Positions 19,998 through 29,708 of a DNA stretch of 64,000 nucleotides are shown here, piece by piece. The stretch covers positions 192,001 to 256,000 of the forward strand of contig CAVRUC010000004.1 of the NCBI GenBank assembly GCA_963724295.1, written 5' to 3'. Each line of letters begins with the position of its first letter. The first letter of the stretch is position 1. This DNA is from an uncultured Chloroflexia bacterium. GTDB lineage: Bacteria; Chloroflexota; Chloroflexia; Thermomicrobiales; UBA6265. Under the pieces are notes generated by a model. It had not been told where the DNA came from. It made no database searches and saw only the letters and a program-made list of their open reading frames with translations. Position numbers and translations under genes: made by a program.

Positions 19998-20160
19998 TGC
20001 AGAATCCTCCTGGCTCTCTTGTCGCCTCACCGCCGGGCCGAGGGGCCATCCTACCCTGATCGCCGTCGGTGTTCGTCAGAGCGACCACGAGCGGGGTTGC
20101 CGCGTGGCGCGTCGCGGGCGATGATGGCGCGCCAGGAGTGCTGCGGAGAAGGAGTTCGCC

Positions 20161-20568
20161 TTGACCGATAGAAGACCGCCTGCCTTGAGTGCCGAGCGCG
20201 TCTCGATGGGCATCGAGGATCTGAAGGCCCGCCACGGCCCGCCGCCGTGGGCCGTGCCCCTGGTCGCCAACGATCACTTTGGGGTTATGGTCATCTGCCA
20301 GGCTCCTGGCCACCGCAACGATTGGCACTACCATCTGGTCGACGAGTGCTGGTCGATCTATGAGGGGGAGCTGGCCTGGACGCTGGAGGGCCAGTCGGAG
20401 CCGGTCCGGGTCAAGGCGGGAGAGTGGATCTTCGCGCCGGCGAACACCTTTCACCTGATCGAGGTGCTGGGAGAGCAACCGGCAATCCGCATCGCGATCA
20501 CCCCCGCCGGCGAGTACCACCGCCACGAGCGGGCCGACGCGCCACCAGCGCCGCGCCGGCGCTCGTAG
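20161..20568 (+). CDS. Cupin domain protein
   Basis: WHYH...DECWSIYEG...APANTFH cupin motifs; AAGGAG RBS. Confidence 0.85.
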   Translation: MTDRRPPALSAERVSMGIEDLKARHGPPPWAVPLVANDHFGVMVICQAPGHRNDWHYHLVDECWSIYEGELAWTLEGQSEPVRVKAGEWIFAPANTFHLIEVLGEQPAIRIAITPAGEYHRHERADAPPAPRRRS

Positions 20569-20806
20569 CCATCACTCGCCCCACGACGCCACGTCGTGTC
20601 ATGGCGACCGTCGGCATGACGGACGGCGCGGCAAAAGCGCAGCCGCAGCGGCCCGGCCGCCCGGACAAAGTGCCAGTTCAGTTCGAAGAATGTCTCACTC
20701 TATCGTGGTAGATATTGAGTGCCAAATCGACTGAAAGCAGAGACCTGCAAGAGACTGAAACGGATCGTGTGTAGGGGATTCCACCGTCTCTCGGCAACGA
20801 TGCCGA

Positions 20807-22846
20807 TCAGGAGTTCAGAGGCAGTCCTATAGTGAACGTGCTGCCGTGGCCGGGCCGCGACTCCACCCAGATCCGCCCGCCGTGGGCCTCCACCAGGATG
20901 CGGCTGATATACAGACCGAGGCCGAGACCCGAAGATCTGGTGCTCGCCCGGTAGAACCGATCGAAAAGATGTGGCACGTGCTCCGGGTCGATTCCGGGAC
21001 CTGAATCCTGAACGGAGACCAGCGCTTCGCCATCCCGCTCCTCGACTCGGACGACGACCTCACCCTCCTCGGCGCCGTGCTTGAGGGCATTGCCGATCAG
21101 GTTCTCCAGCACCTGCCCGAGGCGAACACGATCCCACATTCCGCAAATGGAGGAGTCAGGCGCGTCGACTCTGATCGCGTGGTGCGCGCTCTGCTGCTCA
21201 GCCGCCGCCGCGCATTCGCGGGCGAGGACGACCAGATCGAGCGGCTCTCGCTGCAATGGGAGATGCCCCTCTTCGAGCCGCACGACATCCGCGAGGTCGT
21301 CGATCAGGCGCGCCATGCGATCGGCATACTGCAAAATGGTCACGATCGTCGATTCGCGATACTCGCCGCGTCGCTGCAGGAGTTGAGTGCTGGCCCGAAT
21401 GACTGCCAGCGGCGAGCGCAAGTCGTGGCTGACCATCGCCAGGAAGTCGCGCTGGGCAGCCTCAGCTCGCTTGCGCTCGCTGATGTCCTGAGCGATGGTC
21501 GCCGCACCGACGATGCGTCCCGCCGCATCGGTGACCGGTGAAACGCTCACGGAGATATCGATCCTCCTGCCGTCTTTGGCAACGCGAACCGCATCATGAT
21601 GGCTGATGCGCTCTCCGCGGCGTATGCGGGCCATGAAGTCGCTGAGCTCGTCGATCCGCTCGGGTGGGAAGATGCGCGCGATCGATTGCCCGATCATCTC
21701 CTCCGCGGTGTAGCCGTACAGCCGCTCGGCAGCCTGATTCCAGCTCGTGACCGTGCCGTCCAGCGTCTTGCCAATGATGACGTCACCGGACGAGTCGACA
21801 ATGGCCGCCAGGCGCTGCCGGTCGACCGCGGCGCGGTGGCGTTCCGAGACATCCCGCACGACGGAGAGAGCGACCGGACCGGCTGGCAGTGCGACGACCG
21901 TCGTCCGCGCCTCGACGGTAAGAATGGCGCCATCTTTTCGCCGTAAGTCCAGCTCGCCCTGCCAGGTCCCATCCCGAGGGCGCCAGAGGACCTCGACCCC
22001 TGTCAGCTCCGCTCCAGGTGCGATCAGGTCTTCCAATCGAGCGCCGAGAAGCTCCTCGCGCTCGTAACCGAGCAGCTCAATGGCCGCGGCATTGGCATCA
22101 CGGAACCGGCCCTCGTCGTCAATCGACAGGATGGCGTCGGCAACGCCGTCGAACAAGCCCCGGTACCGCGCCTCCGCCGCCTGCGCCTCGGCGTAGAGGC
22201 GGGCATTGTCGATGGCCAGCGCGGCGCGGCGGGCCAGCTCCTCGGCCAGCGCGAGATCACCCGGTCCGTACTGACGGCGGTCATCGGTCAGCACCAGGGT
22301 GATGATCCCGAGTGTCCGGCCCCGCGCCACGAGCGGCAAGACCATTTCGGCGGCGAACCCCAGACGGCGCAGCAAGGCCAGATGCTCGGCATCCCGCGCC
22401 TCGGCGACGAACCGGGCTTCATCGACCGCGGGATCGAACCAGGGCTTCCCGTCCGCGAGCACATCCCAGGCCCGGTGGGCTCGGTCCGGAGAGAGCACCG
22501 CGTAGCGGCGCCGCAGCTCCAGCGCGGTCTCGGCTTTGGCGGGATCACGATGGACGACCGCAAGCCGGTGCAAACGTCCATCCGCGACGAGCAGATCGAC
22601 GACGCACCAGTCGGCCAGGGCGGGCACGATCAGGCGCGCGACACGCTCCAGCTCGGTCTCGTAGTCCAGCGAACCGGCCAGGATCTCGCTCGCCTCGGCG
22701 AGAAATTGGACGTGGTCCTTACCGCCGATCCGTTCGATGAGATCCTGGCCGGCGGCTCCATCCTCGGAGGAGCTCACGGGCTCCTCCGGCCGCAGCGTCA
22801 TCTCGGTGACGAGAACAGCGTCTTCGTCCGTCCCTTTGATCCCCAT
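20807..22846 (-). CDS. Cytoplasmic GAF-PAS-PAS sensor histidine kinase
   Basis: LADWCVVD GAF, two PAS (WNQAAERLYGY), MVSHDLRSPL, NALKH, GLGLGLY. Start uncertain (22846 or 22801). Confidence 0.9.
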   Translation of the reverse strand: MGIKGTDEDAVLVTEMTLRPEEPVSSSEDGAAGQDLIERIGGKDHVQFLAEASEILAGSLDYETELERVARLIVPALADWCVVDLLVADGRLHRLAVVHRDPAKAETALELRRRYAVLSPDRAHRAWDVLADGKPWFDPAVDEARFVAEARDAEHLALLRRLGFAAEMVLPLVARGRTLGIITLVLTDDRRQYGPGDLALAEELARRAALAIDNARLYAEAQAAEARYRGLFDGVADAILSIDDEGRFRDANAAAIELLGYEREELLGARLEDLIAPGAELTGVEVLWRPRDGTWQGELDLRRKDGAILTVEARTTVVALPAGPVALSVVRDVSERHRAAVDRQRLAAIVDSSGDVIIGKTLDGTVTSWNQAAERLYGYTAEEMIGQSIARIFPPERIDELSDFMARIRRGERISHHDAVRVAKDGRRIDISVSVSPVTDAAGRIVGAATIAQDISERKRAEAAQRDFLAMVSHDLRSPLAVIRASTQLLQRRGEYRESTIVTILQYADRMARLIDDLADVVRLEEGHLPLQREPLDLVVLARECAAAAEQQSAHHAIRVDAPDSSICGMWDRVRLGQVLENLIGNALKHGAEEGEVVVRVEERDGEALVSVQDSGPGIDPEHVPHLFDRFYRASTRSSGLGLGLYISRILVEAHGGRIWVESRPGHGSTFTIGLPLNS

Positions 22847-23167
22847 GGCGTCCACCGGCAACGGTCCTTGGTCTTGCGAGGCCGCTACGGTATTCCACGC
22901 GGGACGCCATTGTTCGCGGGAAAGAATTGTCCAGGTGAGGATATCGCGAATGGACAGATCATGCACGATGGCCCGGCATCGATCGTGAGGTCGGCATGAT
23001 CGAGCGCCAGACACGTCTGGGGCAGACCGGGACACGGCCGCAAATCCGCTATTTCCCGGGTGGCCTCTGGCGGCCCGAACCATGTCCTTCCGGGTCAGTC
23101 TCGCCGCGAGGCCCAGGTGCGGAGCTGGCTACCCGGCACTGTCCCGGCCTCCATGACCCGAAACTCG

Positions 23168-24062
23168 TCAGCCCTTCTCGGCGCCGATGGTCAAACCGGC
23201 GATGAAGTAGCGCTGCAGCGCAAAGTAGACGATCAGCGTCGGCAGGGCGACGAACATCGACGCGGCGGCGATCAGGTTGTCATCGGTGAAGAACTCACCG
23301 CTGAGGTTGGCCAGCGACGAGGTGATCGGCCGGTCGGCGCCCTGTTGCTCGAGGACCACGGCCCAGAAGAAGTCGTTGTAGATCCACGTAAACTCGAGCG
23401 TAGCCAGCGCCGCGATGGCCGGCAGCGTCAGCGGCATGATGATCTGCCAGTACTGCTTCCAGACCCCCGCGCCATCGATCCTGGCGGCGTCGTTCAGCGA
23501 CCTCGGCAGGAGCTTCATGTAGTTGCTGAGGACGAAGGTGCAGAAGCCGCTCTGGAAGGCGACGTGGATGAGAATGATCCCCAACGCGCTGCCATTGAGT
23601 CGCCCTGAGTTGGAAAGCCATTCCGGCAGCTCGACCCGGTTGTAGAACTGGAAGAGCGGCTGGATGATGATCTGCTGCGGCAGCAGGTTGCCGGCGGTGA
23701 AGATCGAGAGCATCAGGATGTTGAACCGCCAGGAGATACCGGCTGGCGACGAACGCCACCATGCTCGAGAAGAAGAGCGTCAGCAGGAGCGCGGGCACGA
23801 GGATGACGGCCGTGTTCCAGTACTTGCGCAGGATGTCGCCCTGCTCCCAGGCATTCCGGTAGTTGTCGAGCGTCAACGACTGCGGCCAGGAGAAGAAGCC
23901 GTCGCGCACGGTATCGGCATACGGGCGAAACGAGGCGAAGATGGCGCCGGCGATGGGGACGAGCCAGAGCAACGCCGCGACCGAGATGAACGCGTAGAGG
24001 AGGACGCGGCCCAGCGTGATGCGGGAGCGGCGCCGGGGGCTGACGACCGTCGCCGCGGTCAT
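23168..24062 (-). CDS. Carbohydrate ABC transporter permease (frameshifted near 23737)
   Basis: Two ORF halves join into a MalG-type permease (DAARIDGAG, FTWIYNDF); one extra nt. Confidence 0.85.
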
Positions 24063-25155
24063 TCGTCGGCTCCTTCCTGCGTGTTGCGGAAGTGATTGGT
24101 GACGTACCAGACGACGAAGCCGACACAGAGGAGGAAGAGGATCGTCGCGTAGGCGGAGCCGCGACCGACGTTGCCGCCCCCCTCGCCGAGGAGGTTGTTC
24201 GTCGTCAGGATCGAGAGCACCTCGGTCTTACGCGGGATGTTGAGCACGAAAATGATGTCGAAGGCGCGCAGCGCCTCGATCACCGTGATCACGGCGATGA
24301 CGACGTTGATCGGCTTGAGCGAGGGAAAGACGACGTGGCGGAAGACCTGCCACTCGTTGCTGCCATCGAGCATGGCCGCCTCCCGCAGCGAGCTGTCGAC
24401 GCTCTTCAGGCCGGCCAGGTAGAGGACCATGATGTAGCCGGTGTGTCGCCAGGCCATCGCCACCAGGATGGCCAGGAAGTTCCAGGAGACGCCGTAGTCA
24501 TCGCCGATGGGAATCGCGAACGACTGATTCCCCAGCCAGTCGATCTCGTTGCCGCCACCGAAGATTTGCGTGGCCAGCCCGTTCCGGGGCGAGTAGATGA
24601 CGCTCTGCCACATGAAGCCGACGACGGCGAGCGAGAGGACGACCGGGGTGAAGAAGATGCTCTGGTAGAAGCGCGTCCCCCGGATGTCCCTATCGAGCAG
24701 GTAGGCGATGCCGATGCCGAGCGCCGTCGGCCCCAGGAAGAGGAAGACAGCAGGACCGAGTTGTTGATCAGCGCCTGAAAGAAGTTCCGCTCGAAGACCG
24801 TGACGATCTCGATGTAGTTCTGGAAGCCGACCCAGGTGATGGCGTCGAGCCGGATCCCGTTCCAGTCGGTGAACGAGAGCAGGATCGAGGCGATGGTGGG
24901 GATCCAGACGAGCGCGATGTGCAGGAACGCCGGAATGCCGACCATCGCCAGCACGACCCAGCGGTCGGCGCCATCGAACTGGCGGAGACGGCGGATCTTC
25001 CGCGCGGCCGGGGAGACTCCGCCCTCCAGTGGAGGGGGGTTGGGGGTAGAGACGGGCGGGTTCTGGACCTGGACTGCCGTTGCCACTGCTGCCCCCGCTT
25101 CGCCGCGAGAGAGAAGCGCGCCCGCCGCCGCGGCGGCGGGCGCGTCCGGCGTCAC
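24059..25155 (-). CDS. Carbohydrate ABC transporter permease (frameshifted near 24748)
   Basis: SFTDWNG...VGFQNY N-half and YLAGLKSV...EAAMLDG C-half; one missing nt. Confidence 0.85.
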
Positions 25156-25156
25156 G

Positions 25157-26481
25157 CTACTCGGCGAAGATCGCCTCGGCCTGAGCCTGCATGTCTTCGA
25201 GGATCCCGTCGATGCTGGCCGGGGTCGGAGATGAAGTCGGCGAAGGCCGGACCGGCAACATTCGCGGCGAACTCCGGGCTGGTGTCGCGATCGAGGAACT
25301 GGGTCACGTTTGCCGCTTCGGAGACGGCGGCGGCGGCTTTCTGCTGCAGCGCGGAGTAGCCGGAGGTGTCGTATTCCAGCGACGCGGCCAGGAAGTTCGG
25401 GTCCTCTGAGAGATAGGCCCCCTGCCCCTCGGCGGTACCGAAGAAGTAGAGGAGCTCCTTGGCGGCCTCCGGGTTCTGAGGATTCGCGGCCATCATCCAG
25501 CCGTCGATCGGCGCCTCGACCGTCTCGGTGCCGAACTCCTCGTTCATCGCCGGCCAGGGGAAGAAGTCGAGGTCAGAGAGGTCGCCTTCCGGGAAGACGC
25601 CGCCGACGAAGTTGCCCAGGGTCATCATGCCGGCTTGTTTTTCGACGAGAGCGGCGCCAGCCTCCTGCCAGGTTCGCCCATTGGGATTCTCCTGATGGAA
25701 CGGCAGGATGCTCTCCCACTCGGTAAAGACGTTCCGGACGCGCTCGTCGGTCCAGCTCTCTTTGCCGGCCATCAGGTCCATGTGGAACTGGTAGCCGTTC
25801 ATGCGGAAGTTGAGCTGGTCGAAGGTGCCCATGGCCGGCCAGCGGCCGTCGTTGCCGAATGCGAAGGGGATGACGCCCGCGCCCTGCATCTCTTCGGCGA
25901 GGCCGGTGAGGTCCTCCATCGTCGTTGGTACTTCCCACCCGTTCTCCTCGAACAGGCTGGGGCGGTAGTGGATACCCCAGGCGTAGTAGGTCCACGGCAC
26001 GAAGTACATCTGGCCGTCCTGGCCGGTCGAGGCGAGCTTGAAGCCCTCCGACATGGTGTCGTTCAGGCCCGCCTCCCAGACGTCGTTGATCGGGCCGAGC
26101 AGCCCCTGGGCGGCGAAGAACTGCATGCGGTAGCCCGCGAACCAGGGGATCACGTCGTCGGGGTTCTGCAGGTAGGTGGTGATGTTCTCCTGGAAGGTGT
26201 TGTGGTCGACCACGTTGAGCTGGATCGTAACGTTCTCGTTCGGGAACGCCTCGATGGCAGCGTCCAGCCCCGCCCTGGTGGGCTCGGTGTCGGTGTAGTT
26301 CGAGCCGACGGTGAACTCGCCGGAGGCCGTCCCCAGCTCGACCTGGGCGCGGGCAAGACCGGCGGGCAAGCCGAGTCCGAGCGCCGCAGCGCCGACCGCC
26401 CCCTTCAGGACGCCCCGCCGGCTGAGCGGTGTACCCGACCATGGACGGGCTCGGCGAACGACGAGTGTTGCGAGCGGTCAT
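25157..26481 (-). CDS. Carbohydrate ABC substrate-binding protein with Tat signal (frameshifts near 26430-26480 and 25221-25224)
   Basis: LSRRGVLKG twin-arginine motif, WFAGYRM, EAPIDG; corrected C-terminus DPASIDGILEDMQAQAEAIFAE, stop at 25157. Confidence 0.85.
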
Positions 26482-26558
26482 ATGCGCACCCCTTTGTCTC
26501 ATCGACCTGTGGCAGCAACGTCACAGGCGACCAAAATCCGACTCGTTCAGACCCGCCC

Positions 26559-26588
26559 AGAATAGGCCCGACGGCGAATTGATGTCAA
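26559..26588 (-). promoter_or_regulatory. Sigma70-type promoter of the ABC operon
   Basis: Minus strand TTGACA-18 bp-TATTCT. Confidence 0.55.
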
Positions 26589-26714
26589 TGGAGCCGGTCG
26601 GCGAACGATTTGCGAGACTGTCGGGTCGCCCGCGAGTGGCGCCACGCCACAGACTGCTGCGAAGATTCGGCGACCCGCAGAGGCGGGTCGCCATCGTGTC
26701 AGGAGGCTCCCGCC

Positions 26715-28676
26715 GTGGTCACGTCGCTCCCCGTCGCTGCCGCCCACCTTCGCCCTCGGCGTCTGCGATTACCCGGAGCACGTTCCCTGGGAGCAGTGGC
26801 GGCACTACCCGGAGCGCCAGCGGGAGCTGGGCATCACCTACGTGCGGATCGCCGAGTTCGCGTGGTCCAGGATCGAGCCGCGCGAGGGCGAATTCGACTG
26901 GACCTGGCTCGACGACGCGGTCCAGGCCCTGGCCGACGCCGACCGGCTGATCGTGATGTGCACGCCGACGGCGACGCCTCCGGCGTGGCTGATCCGGAAG
27001 CACCCGGAGATCCTGCCCGTTGACGCGCAGGGGCGGGTCCGCAACTTCGGCTCGCGCAAGCACTACGACCACGCCAGCGCCATCTACCGCGAGCACTCCC
27101 GCCGCATCACCACCGAGATCGCCGCACGGTACGGGCAACATCCGGCCGTCGTCGGCTGGCAGACCGACAACGAGTTCGGCTGCCATGACACGGCGCGCTC
27201 CTACGGTCCCGCCAGCCGCGACGCCTTCCGCGTCTGGCTGGAAGAACGCTACGGGACGCTCGAGGCACTGAACGACGCCTGGGGCAATGTCTTCTGGAGC
27301 CAGGAGTACACCGCCTGGGATCAGATCGACCCGCCAAATCTGACGGTGGCCCAACCCAACCCCTCGCACGTGCTCGACTTCTACCGCTTCGCCAGCGACA
27401 TGATCGTCGAGTCTTCCAGGAGGAACAGGTCGAGATCCTGCGCCGGCTCTCACCCGGCCGCTGGGTGACCCACAACTTCATGATGCACTTTGGCGACTTC
27501 GACCACTACCAGGCCGCGGAGTGCCTCGACTTCGTCTCCTGGGACTCCTATCCCCTCGGTCAGGTCGAGCGCTACCTGCCGGAGGAGGAGAGGGTGCGCT
27601 GGGCGAGGACCGGCCACCCCGATCTCATCTCGTTCAACCACGATCTCTATCGCGGTCTGAAGGGCCGGCGCGGATTCTGGGTGATGGAGCAAGGGGCTGG
27701 GCAGGTGAACTGGGCTCCCTCCAATTGCATTCCGGCAACGGGCGCGGTTGCCCTCTGGACCGCGCAAGCCTACGCCCACGGCTGCGACGTCGTCAGCTAC
27801 TTCCGGTGGCGGGCGGCCACCGTCGCTCAGGAGCTGATGCACTCGGGTCTGCTCCGTCACGACGAGACGCTCGACCGGGGAGGCGCGGAGGTCGCCGCCC
27901 TCGAGCTGAGCGGCCGCCCCAACGATGACGTCGAGACGCCCGTCGCCCTCCTCCACGACTACGAGAGCCTCTGGATCTACGACGAGCAGCCGCACAGCGA
28001 GCGGGCGAGCTACTGGGGACAGGTGATGCTCTTCTACGGGGTGCTGCGCTCGCTCGGCGTCGACGTCGACATCCGGCACGCGGACGCTGACCTCAGCGGC
28101 TACCGGCTGGTCGTCGCCCCCGCCCTGCAGCTGATGGGTGATGATCGCGCGCGCCATCTGACCGAAGCGGCGCGCACGGCGCGTCTCGTCTTCGGCCCGC
28201 GCACGGCCTACCGCACGCCGACCGGCCGCGTCCACGAGGACGGCCAGCCGGGACCGCTACGCAACCTGCTCGGGCTCCGGCTGCTCAACTTCGACGGGAT
28301 GCGACCGGGGCTTGGCGTCCAAGTGGGGACGCACCTGGTCGAGACCTGGGCCGAGAGCTACGAACCGGTCGGCGGCGAGGTGACGCACACCTACGCCGAT
28401 GGCCCGCTCGCCGGTCAGGCTGCCGTGGTCCGCAACGGCAACGTCACCACTGTCGGCGCCTGGAGCCCATCACTGGTCGCGGAAATCCTGACCAATCTGC
28501 TCGCCGAGCGCCAGATCCCGACCGCCGAATTGCCGGATGGAGTCCGCGTCGCCCGCCGCGGCGCGATCACGACCTGGATGAACTTCAATCTCGAGCCGGT
28601 CACGCTCGCCGACGGCACGACCCTCGGTCCCGTCTCGTTCCAGCAGCGGACACAAGAGGCAAATCGGCGACAATGA
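26715..28676 (+). CDS. Beta-galactosidase, GH42 (frameshifts near 26730 and 27412)
   Basis: [34 protein letters not shown] (acid/base), SWDSYP, WVMEQ (nucleophile), YFRWR. Confidence 0.92.
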
Positions 28677-28732
28677 GCCAAAACCGTTCCGCCGGGTCAA
28701 TACGATTGGCGTGCTCTGAACTTCATGAATAG

Positions 28733-28765
28733 CCAATCGGGCCGCGAGTGTCGCGGCCCGATTGG
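28733..28765. terminator. Hairpin between convergent genes
   Basis: CCAATCGGGCCGCGA-GTG-TCGCGGCCCGATTGG, perfect 15-bp stem. Confidence 0.7.
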
Positions 28766-28794
28766 GGTTAGCAAAGACACGTCTTGCGGTCGGC

Positions 28795-29367
28795 TCAGCA
28801 GCCGGGGAGCGCCACGGGTACCGTATCCTCCTCGCGTTGGAGGATAGTCCAGAGAATGGCTGACTCCGCGCGCGTGCCCCTATCCAATACCACCGGGTAG
28901 TCCTGAGAACTCATGCTGGCGGCCAGCGCCTCCGGGAGCGCGTTGGCCGCGCGGCTCGCCTCCACCGAGCCGTAGCCGCTCGTCTCATCCCACGACATGG
29001 CAGCCGCTGCCGCCAGAGCCGCGGCCTGCTCCTGGCCGCTGACCAGCTCGCTGGACAATGACGCGGTCATTTCAGCGCGGGTGCGCTCCACGGAGCCATA
29101 CCCACTCGTTTCGTCCCACGAAGGGCCGGCGACAGGAGCGAGCAGGGCCGAAGCGGCCGCTCGACTGGCCTCCACCGACCCGTAGCCGCTCGACTCGTCC
29201 CAGGACGAGACAGCCGGCGCCAGGGCAGGGACCTGCTCCTGCGCGGCGATGATCTGCTCGTCGGCGATGACCTGCTCGTCCGCGTTGACGGCGATGGGTG
29301 CGGAGATGGCGAAGGTGCATACCGCGACGACGAAGACTGCTGGGCGGAAACGATGAATCGTGGACAT
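28795..29367 (-). CDS. Secreted hypothetical protein with three SWDE(T/S)SGYGSVE repeats
   Basis: AGAGGAG RBS; signal peptide ending AVNA; repeats at 29155-29205, 29071-29121 and 28945-28995 differ mostly at synonymous sites. Confidence 0.85.
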   Translation of the reverse strand: MSTIHRFRPAVFVVAVCTFAISAPIAVNADEQVIADEQIIAAQEQVPALAPAVSSWDESSGYGSVEASRAAASALLAPVAGPSWDETSGYGSVERTRAEMTASLSSELVSGQEQAAALAAAAAMSWDETSGYGSVEASRAANALPEALAASMSSQDYPVVLDRGTRAESAILWTILQREEDTVPVALPGC

Positions 29368-29524
29368 CTCGCTCTCCTCTGGCAACGTCCGACGGCTGAA
29401 CGGTGGCGCGGATCGCCTGGTACCGGGCGAGCCGAATCCCTGAATCGACGGGCTCGCGGATTGCGAGTCCTACCGGTTTGTGCCCTGGCGGCCTCGTCCT
29501 GGCACCTGTCCAGCATGCCTGCCG

Positions 29525-29611
29525 CTCACGCGGCTGCCCACGTGCATGGCCCACGCATCGCTCTCCTCTGATCCCACGCATCACTAGACGCGCCCACGCA
29601 GGACTCACGCA
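29525..29611. promoter_or_regulatory. Six-copy direct repeat, consensus CCCACGCA (putative operator array)
   Basis: Copies start at 29525, 29537, 29550, 29573, 29593 and 29604, between two divergent genes. Confidence 0.6.
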
Positions 29612-29708
29612 TCAATGCTGTGCCGTCCCGTCGCCGTCTGCTACGCTTGCGCCACTCCTCGGCAGCAACACCCCGATCGACGGCATCACGACGGCGAGGA
29701 GGCCGCCA

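Noticed and set aside
20692..20725. CIRCE (HrcA) operator-like dyad
   Set aside because: The right arm GAGTGCCAA fits, but the spacer is 16 rather than 9 nt, the left arm is poor and no chaperone gene follows.
28945..29205. Graspetide or radical-SAM RiPP precursor
   Set aside because: No ATP-grasp, SPASM, YcaO or transporter gene is adjacent, and a Sec signal argues against cytoplasmic tailoring. Kept only as an unmodified-peptide hypothesis.
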